A stretch of 64,000 bases of DNA from Candidatus Latescibacterota bacterium (lineage in GTDB: Bacteria > Latescibacterota > UBA2968 > UBA8231). Of the stretch, positions 57,411-64,000 are shown in pieces. Within the stretch, counting starts at the first letter, position 1, and each line of letters opens with the position of its first letter. The stretch is from positions 992,001-1,056,000 of the forward strand of contig OZ241889.1 in the NCBI GenBank assembly GCA_965203355.1, read 5' to 3'. The position numbers were made by a program, and so were the translations under genes. The notes under the pieces are model-generated. The model was given only the letters and a program-made list of their open reading frames with translations. It searched no databases and was not told the DNA's origin.

Positions 57411-59756
57411 TTACTCCTCCCGCATCCGCACTGGCGAGGCCGCTAGCCCGTCGGTCTTTATCACCTTGCCGCTTTTGTCGATCTGACCAAACTCCAGCAC
57501 GCCCGTCGGGCAAGACTGTACACACGCGCTACAGCGCACGCACTGCGGGTCGGCCATGGGCAACCCCTTGTTGGCAAAGTTCATAATGTCGATGCCTTGG
57601 TGGCACACCGAGGTGCAGACATTGCAGGAGATGCACTTTTTTTTGTCGGCGAGGATGCGGAAGCGGCTGAAGCGGGCGTAGAGGTGCATCAGGGCGGCCA
57701 GCGGGCAGGCGAAGCGGCACCACACCCGGCCGCTGAAATGCCAGTACAGGCCCACGCCTAAGATACCGGCCAGCAGCAAGTCAACCGACCACACGTAGTT
57801 GAGAAAAGTCAGCGGGAAGGGCAGGTTGCCGCCTTTGCCCGAGAATAGCCCCATGTAAATCCCGTTGATCCAGTGGTCGTGCGGCAAGACCCAGCCCACT
57901 AGGCGCAAGATGAGCAGTACGCTGGCTAGCAGCAGTACAACTTGCCCCACGATGTTCACCTTATTCCAGACCATGCCGTGCGGCATTTTGTGCCGATGCG
58001 CGTCGCCCATGGTTTCGGCTAGTGCGCCGCATGAGCAGATCCAGCCGCAGTAAGCCCCTTTGCCCCAGAAGTAGATGATCAGCGGTATGATGACAAAGGT
58101 CTGCACTAGGCTAATGGCCAGCCACCACCACAGCGGCTCGCTGGTGAAGACGTTCCAAAAGAACAGCGGCCAAGCGAGGATCAGCCCCAAAGAGCGCCAG
58201 TATTCGCGCCCGTGTTCGGCCCATTGCGACTCGGGGAACAAGGCGTCGGCCATAGGCTGGAGCCAAGCCCCCTCGTCGAACCAGCCATGGTACCCAGCCC
58301 AAGGCAAAAACACATAGGGCAGCAGAAAGAGTGGAATGCACTGAACCGCCATCAGCGTCAGCGTCTGCACCTTGATGTACGGTGTGCGCCGTCGCTTTAT
58401 GCGCTGTATGCCGAATAGGACGACGCACAGGCAATAGGCCAGCGAGTAGTAGAAACTCGGCTGGGTCATCGACACTTGCGCCGTGTCCCACAGAGTATGA
58501 GCGGCCGATGGTGACGCTAGGTTGAAGGGGAAGAGCTTGGCTTCTTGGAACCAGTGCTTGATGGGAATGCCCGCGTCGGTCTTCCAGTGGTAGATGAAAA
58601 CCGCCGCTAGCAGGATGAACCCCAAAGACAGCCAACGGCCCGGGCGCCATTCGCCGTTGATCTCCACGCGGCTGCGTCTGAAAAAGTCGAGCGGAGCCTC
58701 GCGCCCGATCATGGAAAACACCGCGTCGTTGGGCAGGCTCAGTTCCTGGCCCTCGGCGTCTTTGAGCGCGACCGCGTCTTCCTCGATGCGCAGCACTTGG
58801 CTGGCCATCAGCAGGCGGATCGATCCGGCTTGGCGGCCCTGCTCCACAAAGGCTCCGCTGCTGGTCGTCACCCGCTCGGAAGAAGGGGTATCGACGGCCA
58901 CGTCGGCCATTGGATCGGCCGCGAGCCTGTTCAGCTTTTCGACGTTTTCGGGCTTGGGGCGGGAAAACGCGGGCTTGCGGTAGGAGATGGTCACGCGCCC
59001 GCCGCATTGGGCGATGGCAATGGCCGCCTCTAAGGCGCTGTCGCCGCCACCAACGACCAACACGTCTTTGTCGCAGAAGTCAACCGGATCGTGCAAACGG
59101 TTGAAGACCTTGGCCAGATTCTCGCCCGGCACCCTTAGCTTGCGGAAGTTGCCCGAGCGCCCGATCCCGACGATCGCGCGGCGCGCCTTGATGTTCTCTT
59201 GGCCCGGGATCGCCAATTCAAAGAGGTCTCCCCGCTTTTTTATTTGCTCGACCCGCGCCAGGGTCGGCTCAATGCCTTGGGCGAGCGTCTGCGCGTGCAG
59301 TTCCTCAATTAGCGGCTCCTTGATCTCGGCCTTAAAGCGGATTTGCCCGGCCGGCTCCATCTCGGTGGGATACGTGTAAATGGGCTTGCCCTTGGGGAAA
59401 TTGACCAGCGTGGAAAACGGCTCGGTCGCCTCCAAAAGCACAAACGACAACCCGGCCGCCCGCGCCTCTAAGGCCGCGCTCATGCCGGAAACGCCCGCGC
59501 CGATAATCGCCAAGTCCAAGGCATCTTCCGCCCCCTTGCTGCGCTGGAATGCCGCGTCGGCTGCGATGTGCTGCACGGCTCGTGCGCCCGTATCGGCCGA
59601 GAACTTCAACAGCGGAATCCCGGTTAGGTCGCCGACGATGTACAGCCCGGGGACATTGCTCTGCCCGTGCTCATCCACGCGCGGCAACTTCTCGACCGCG
59701 CCGGCGGGCCACCGCAGGTGCAACCAGTGTAGATAGCGACTGAGAAAATTGCTCAT
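57411..59756 (-). CDS. FAD/NAD(P)-binding oxidoreductase fused to a membrane 4Fe-4S (NapH/FixG-like) module
   Basis: IIGAGVSG, VVGGGDSA, multiple TMs, YCGWICSCG, WCRFACP, two CxxCxxCxxxC motifs. Confidence 0.85.
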   Translation of the reverse strand: MSNFLSRYLHWLHLRWPAGAVEKLPRVDEHGQSNVPGLYIVGDLTGIPLLKFSADTGARAVQHIAADAAFQRSKGAEDALDLAIIGAGVSGMSAALEARAAGLSFVLLEATEPFSTLVNFPKGKPIYTYPTEMEPAGQIRFKAEIKEPLIEELHAQTLAQGIEPTLARVEQIKKRGDLFELAIPGQENIKARRAIVGIGRSGNFRKLRVPGENLAKVFNRLHDPVDFCDKDVLVVGGGDSALEAAIAIAQCGGRVTISYRKPAFSRPKPENVEKLNRLAADPMADVAVDTPSSERVTTSSGAFVEQGRQAGSIRLLMASQVLRIEEDAVALKDAEGQELSLPNDAVFSMIGREAPLDFFRRSRVEINGEWRPGRWLSLGFILLAAVFIYHWKTDAGIPIKHWFQEAKLFPFNLASPSAAHTLWDTAQVSMTQPSFYYSLAYCLCVVLFGIQRIKRRRTPYIKVQTLTLMAVQCIPLFLLPYVFLPWAGYHGWFDEGAWLQPMADALFPESQWAEHGREYWRSLGLILAWPLFFWNVFTSEPLWWWLAISLVQTFVIIPLIIYFWGKGAYCGWICSCGALAETMGDAHRHKMPHGMVWNKVNIVGQVVLLLASVLLILRLVGWVLPHDHWINGIYMGLFSGKGGNLPFPLTFLNYVWSVDLLLAGILGVGLYWHFSGRVWCRFACPLAALMHLYARFSRFRILADKKKCISCNVCTSVCHQGIDIMNFANKGLPMADPQCVRCSACVQSCPTGVLEFGQIDKSGKVIKTDGLAASPVRMREE

Positions 59757-59844
59757 GGTCTCCTCCTGAATCCGCTCGGTTGTATATCCTGTTGGGAGTT
59801 CTCTACGAGGTTTCCACCTAATTAAAGCGTCTAATCACCGCGCA

Positions 59845-59880
59845 CAACAAGGCCCCACGACAAAACATCGCCGTGGGGCC
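59845..59880 (-). terminator. Intrinsic terminator
   Basis: Minus strand GGCCCCACGGCGA..TTTGTCGTGGGGCC-TTGTTG, 40 bp after the stop at 59920. Confidence 0.65.
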
Positions 59881-59919
59881 ATTTGGGGGGACCTAAAGTT
59901 TTGCGTTTGTTTCATTCCC

Positions 59920-60529
59920 TCAAGGTAGCTTGGTCATCTTCTTGGTTTTCACGCTGCCATCTACCTCAACCTGATAGATATACACCCCGGCCGCCACTAC
60001 CTTGTCGGCCTCGTCGCGGCCATTCCACATAAACCGATGGCTCCCCGCCCCAAGCGGCCCCTGCCACACCTGCCGCACCCGACGACCCAACACGTCGTAC
60101 ACCCGCAGCGACACTCGCGCCGCGTCCTGTGCCAAATCGAGGGGAAGCACGACCGCCGGGTTGAACGGATTGGGGTAGCTATGGCCGAGGCGATGGTGCG
60201 CTGGCTGCGCTGCTAGCGCGGTAACGCGCCCTGTAACAACTCCTCGACTCCAGTCAGTTCAATCCAATCCACTTCCAAGCCCGCTGGCTTAGCCGAAGCT
60301 GGCCTGTCGGTCATATCCTCCAAGCCAAACACGAGTCGAATATCATCTAACAGCCCCTCCCACAAGGGATAATACCCCCAGTAACTCTTCTCCATGTCAA
60401 CCAACGAAAACTCGAACTCTTGCCATTCGGTCGTATATACAAACTCGCCGTAGGTGCCGTTTGAGGGAAGGGAGAACCGCGCCCTACGCGGAATGAGGAA
60501 AAAGGCTTGACAACCAGTTCAAAAATCAA
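59920..60529 (-). pseudogene. Fragmented secreted protein with a C-terminal FlgD-Ig/T9SS-like sorting domain
   Basis: YTTEWQEF...WEGLLDDIRL...LEVDWIELTGVEELLQG, then a frame change to HRLGHSYPNPFNP...WNGRD...GVYIYQ; no signal peptide. Confidence 0.65.
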
Positions 60530-61974
60530 CGCACCAACGTCATCCTTTGCGTCTGGCTAAACCCTGCCGCGGGCATCTCCAATCTATACAGGTACGTCCC
60601 GCTGGCTGTCGGCTGCCCGGCCGCGTCGCGCCCGTCCCAAGGCCGTAAGTACAGCCCGGCTGCTTGGTGTTCTTCTACCAGCAAGCGCACCCGCTGCCCG
60701 GCCGCGTTGAACACGCCGAGCCGCACCGGTCCGGCCACGGGCAATTCGTACTGGATCAGGGTCTGCGCGTTGAACGGATTGGGAAAATTTTGGTTCAATG
60801 CGAAACTCGTCGGCGTCGAGTCAAACGCCTCCTCAACAGCCGTTGCGGCTTGCTCGATGTCCTCGGCACTGAGAATCCCCTCACCCGGCTGCCAAACCGC
60901 CGTGTCGGGCCAGTAAGCGGTCCAAGCAAACCACATGGCATTGTACGCCGGGACTTGCGCCAGCCGTCGCCCGGCGAGCGGCCCGGCGATGGCTTCGCCG
61001 AGCATGTTCCAGCGCGAGCCTGTCTCCGCATCCACGAACTCCAGCGGCAACGGCCCTTCGGACTCCACGCCGTAAAAGCTCAATGGCCGGTCGTCGAGTT
61101 GGCGGAAGTAGGCCAAGGCCGTGCGCGAGGCCGCGTCGAATAGGACGACTACGGGATCGCTGCCGACGAGATCGTTGATCACCGCCCCGTCGGGCATCCG
61201 CGCGAAGGGAAAGGCTTTGGTCTGGTCGTTGCGGCACAACCCCAATACAAGGTCCTTGGTCTCAAAGCGATGGTCGAGTGCGCCGCCATTGGTAGTAGGC
61301 CGGAAGATCAGGTACTCGTTGCTGGTGCGGTAGTTGCCGTAAGGGTAGAAGGTGTATTGTCCTTCGTTGTAAGCGGGGCGCGAGTTGTAATGCTCCCAGC
61401 CCGTAGCGGCTTTTACTACGGTGGTATTTGGGTACATCCGCTGCCACAGGGCCCACGTCGTCTCGATCACGGGCATCAGCACTAGGCGGTCGCCGGCTCG
61501 GTCGCCGTTGATGGCCGTGTAAATCATCTGCGGGTAGAGCGTTTCGCCGTCGCGCCGGTCGTACATGACCAAGTTGCTGTTGATCAGCAGCCCGGAGACC
61601 CCGAATTCGATTTGCGCGCCGTCGTCATCCGTGGCGTTAAAGACTTGGCCGGTACCTGTGAGCGGGCACAAAGACACGGCGACCGACTGATCGCCGACGC
61701 GATCGTTGATGATCTCGTTCCACCAGCCAATGTTGTGCGGGTACGCGCGTGGTGTGCCGTTGATGACGATCCCCATGACCACGTCGTTTTCTTGGACGTA
61801 ACTTACTTCGTGCGGCGACGCGAAGGTGGGATTGGTTAGAGCGGGAATGCCGTCTTTGGGCACCCCGCCGGAGACGAGGTGGCTGGTGAGAAAGCGCGGA
61901 TCGTCGTAGCGGCCAGCTTCAGCCGGATGGGTCGCCGCTAGCAGCAGCAGAGCAGAAATAACGCCATGTCGCAT
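60526..61974 (-). CDS. DUF3179-domain secreted protein with a C-terminal FlgD-Ig/T9SS-like domain
   Basis: Signal peptide; GGVPKDGIPAL, RAYP, EIIND, CPLTG, FGVSGLL..SNLVMYDR; C-terminal NQNFPNPFN...WDGRD...ASGTYLYRL. Confidence 0.88.
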   Translation of the reverse strand: MRHGVISALLLLAATHPAEAGRYDDPRFLTSHLVSGGVPKDGIPALTNPTFASPHEVSYVQENDVVMGIVINGTPRAYPHNIGWWNEIINDRVGDQSVAVSLCPLTGTGQVFNATDDDGAQIEFGVSGLLINSNLVMYDRRDGETLYPQMIYTAINGDRAGDRLVLMPVIETTWALWQRMYPNTTVVKAATGWEHYNSRPAYNEGQYTFYPYGNYRTSNEYLIFRPTTNGGALDHRFETKDLVLGLCRNDQTKAFPFARMPDGAVINDLVGSDPVVVLFDAASRTALAYFRQLDDRPLSFYGVESEGPLPLEFVDAETGSRWNMLGEAIAGPLAGRRLAQVPAYNAMWFAWTAYWPDTAVWQPGEGILSAEDIEQAATAVEEAFDSTPTSFALNQNFPNPFNAQTLIQYELPVAGPVRLGVFNAAGQRVRLLVEEHQAAGLYLRPWDGRDAAGQPTASGTYLYRLEMPAAGFSQTQRMTLVR

Positions 61975-62112
61975 CGGATGCTCCTTTCGCTTCTCAACTT
62001 GTACCCATCGTAAAAGTTCCGCTCCCGTCAAGGCCCATGTTTTGCGGAACTGGCGATTTTGCCCGGGTTAGCGTATAGTCTTGATTGAAGCCTTGTCAAA
62101 GGAGCATTGATC

Positions 62113-62379
62113 ATGACCGAGACCTCTTCGCCGTCAGAGCGGCCCTATCCGTTAGATCACGAAGGACGCATCGCCCGCCTTGAAGGCATTGTCGAGCAAG
62201 TCGATGTCCGCCTAGGCCGCGTCGAAACCAAGATTGACGCCAATGGCCAAGCCATCCACGATATGCGCAAGGAACTTGAGGCCAAGTTCGAAGCCAAGAC
62301 CGATCGCCTCTTGCGGTGGGTCATTGCCTTACACGCGGCGACGTGGGGCCTAATCGGTGCCCTCAAGCTATTCGGCTAG
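62113..62379 (+). CDS. Small coiled-coil protein with a C-terminal TM helix (DUF1640/CCDC90-like)
   Basis: RIARLEGIVEQVDVRL...RWVIALHAATWGLIG; RBS AAGGAG. Confidence 0.65.
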   Translation: MTETSSPSERPYPLDHEGRIARLEGIVEQVDVRLGRVETKIDANGQAIHDMRKELEAKFEAKTDRLLRWVIALHAATWGLIGALKLFG

Positions 62380-64000
62380 CGGGTGCTGCGGAGGCAAGCC
62401 GAACCTTCCATACCGCTCCCGCAAGACTCGCCGCATCACCTTGTTCGACGCGGTCCGCGGCAGCGATTCTACCCCTACTACCTCGTGAATCTTGAACAGC
62501 GGGTTGAGTTCCCGGCGGATGGTCTGCTGCATGGCATCTTGCAAGTGTTCGTCCGCTTCATCCAGCACTGCGAAGATCACCAGCAAGCTCGGCCCACCCC
62601 CTAGCGGTGGCACTGCAATCGCCGCGGTCTCGACCACGCCCGGCATCGCATTCAAGGCGCGCTCGATCTCGGCGGAACTCACCATAATTCCGCCGAGGTT
62701 CATCGCGTCGTCGGCTCGGCCATGGACTCGGTAGATGCCCGGGGCCAGCCGCTCGACTTGGTCGCCGTGGCGACGCAGTGGCACTTCGTCTCGTTTGGGT
62801 ACGCCCGCGTAGTACACCTCGTGGTGGTCGCGGTTGAGCACCCGCGTTGACATGCCAATGGCGGGCGGCACCAGAAAGCCCTCGCCGCTTGCACCCTCCT
62901 GTCCGTCTTCGTCCAAAATCACCAGATCCGTTCCCAGTGCTGCCGAATTGAAGGTCGCGGGGGCGACCGGCTCGACCAGCGTGCTGAGCAAGTAGCCGCC
63001 CGCCAGCTCGGTGCCGCCGCAGTATTCGAGGATGGGCCGATACCCCGCCAGCGCCATCAGATAGTGCATGTCCTCGGGATTGGAGCACTCTCCGGTAGTA
63101 CTGAAAGCTCGAATCGCCGAAAAATCGATTCCCTCCATGCAGCCCGTACTGCGCCAAGTCCGCACCATGCTCGGAATGACGCCGAGCATGGTAACGCCCG
63201 CCGCCTGTACGAATTCCCCAAAGCCCCGCTCGGTCGGCGTACCGTAGTAGAGTGCCATCGTTGCCCGGTTTAAAAAGGCCGCGTAAATCAGCCACGGCCC
63301 CATCATCCAGCCCAAATTGGTCGGCCAAGCAACCACATCGCCTCGGTGGACATCTTGGTGATAATGCGCGTCTGCTCCGCACTTGATCGGGTTGACATGC
63401 GTCCAGGGGAGGGCCTTGGGCTCGCCGGTAGTGCCCGATGAAAACAGGACATTGGTCGTCTCGTCGGGGCCGCAGGCTGCGGCCGCCGATATAGCGTCAG
63501 CTTGCAAGAATTGGTCCCAGCGCAGATCCCCGGGACGCAACGCTCCGGCCAACCCTTCCACGCGCCCCGGCAATACAATTGCCAACGGAGCCTCCGCGGC
63601 GACCAAGCGCGAATACAGCGGCAACTCGCGCCCACCGCGCAAAATCGCGTCTTGGGTAAAAACGGCCTTGGCCTCCCCAATCCGCAGCCGAGCGGCCATC
63701 TGGGGGGCGGCGAAACTGTCGGCAATCGCCACCACCGCGCAACCAACCTTGATGATCCCCAGATAGATCGCCACCGACTCGGCCGTCATCGGCATGGCCA
63801 CGGCAATCCGGTCGCCGGGGCCAAATCCCAATGCGAGCAACCCTCCGCCGACCCGGTCGCACAGGGCTTCTAATTGGCCGAAGCTCATCCGCTCAGGCAG
63901 GCCCCCTTCGCGCTGGAAGATAATGGCCGTCTGAGCGGCCGGCTCCTGAAAGCAACTCTCGGCGATGTTCATTTCGGATCCGACAAACCACTGCGGTGCT
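62368..64000 (-). CDS. Acyl/acetyl-CoA synthetase (AMP-binding); 5' end outside window
   Basis: FSSGTTGEPK, WPTNLGWMMGPW, YCGGTE, HGD, GRADD, PRTASNKVMRR. Confidence 0.9.
   Translation of the reverse strand, partial: APQWFVGSEMNIAESCFQEPAAQTAIIFQREGGLPERMSFGQLEALCDRVGGGLLALGFGPGDRIAVAMPMTAESVAIYLGIIKVGCAVVAIADSFAAPQMAARLRIGEAKAVFTQDAILRGGRELPLYSRLVAAEAPLAIVLPGRVEGLAGALRPGDLRWDQFLQADAISAAAACGPDETTNVLFSSGTTGEPKALPWTHVNPIKCGADAHYHQDVHRGDVVAWPTNLGWMMGPWLIYAAFLNRATMALYYGTPTERGFGEFVQAAGVTMLGVIPSMVRTWRSTGCMEGIDFSAIRAFSTTGECSNPEDMHYLMALAGYRPILEYCGGTELAGGYLLSTLVEPVAPATFNSAALGTDLVILDEDGQEGASGEGFLVPPAIGMSTRVLNRDHHEVYYAGVPKRDEVPLRRHGDQVERLAPGIYRVHGRADDAMNLGGIMVSSAEIERALNAMPGVVETAAIAVPPLGGGPSLLVIFAVLDEADEHLQDAMQQTIRRELNPLFKIHEVVGVESLPRTASNKVMRRVLRERYGRFGLPPQHPLAE

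Noticed and set aside
60526-61974. Selenoprotein (DUF3179; also ArsC, thioredoxin and DCC checked)
   Set aside because: No in-frame TGA at the Cys positions

Overview
GC-rich bacterial chromosome window. Its secreted proteins with NxPNPFN/FlgD-Ig C-terminal domains, paralogous PhyH/enolase/sulfatase genes and eukaryote-like repeat lipoproteins suggest an FCB-group bacterium such as Latescibacterota, possibly a sponge symbiont (inference only). The left half (1-37 kb) is accessory: catabolic enzymes, a TonB-dependent receptor, Kelch, PQQ-propeller, L-domain and ankyrin proteins, an intact Mrr nuclease, several decayed defence/TA remnants, and two copies of a ~145-bp MITE. The right half holds a long minus-strand housekeeping run (proC-hisH-hisF-proB-ftsB-recO-glyQS-tRNA-Leu-tig-clpP-clpX-engB-serA-purA-prpB-[GIY-YIG, ankyrin]-prpC). 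It also holds SWIB, CNNM, carA, a divergent aroC, pap, a circularly permuted flavoprotein-membrane ferredoxin fusion, DUF3179 and an acyl-CoA synthetase. I saw no CRISPR array, rRNA, intact transposase, integrase or reverse transcriptase. The best candidates for something new are the mosaic ankyrin lipoprotein cassette inside the prpB-prpC operon, the permuted flavoprotein-ferredoxin fusion, the structured MITE and the double-propeller Kelch protein. All family calls come from motif recognition by eye, not database searches.
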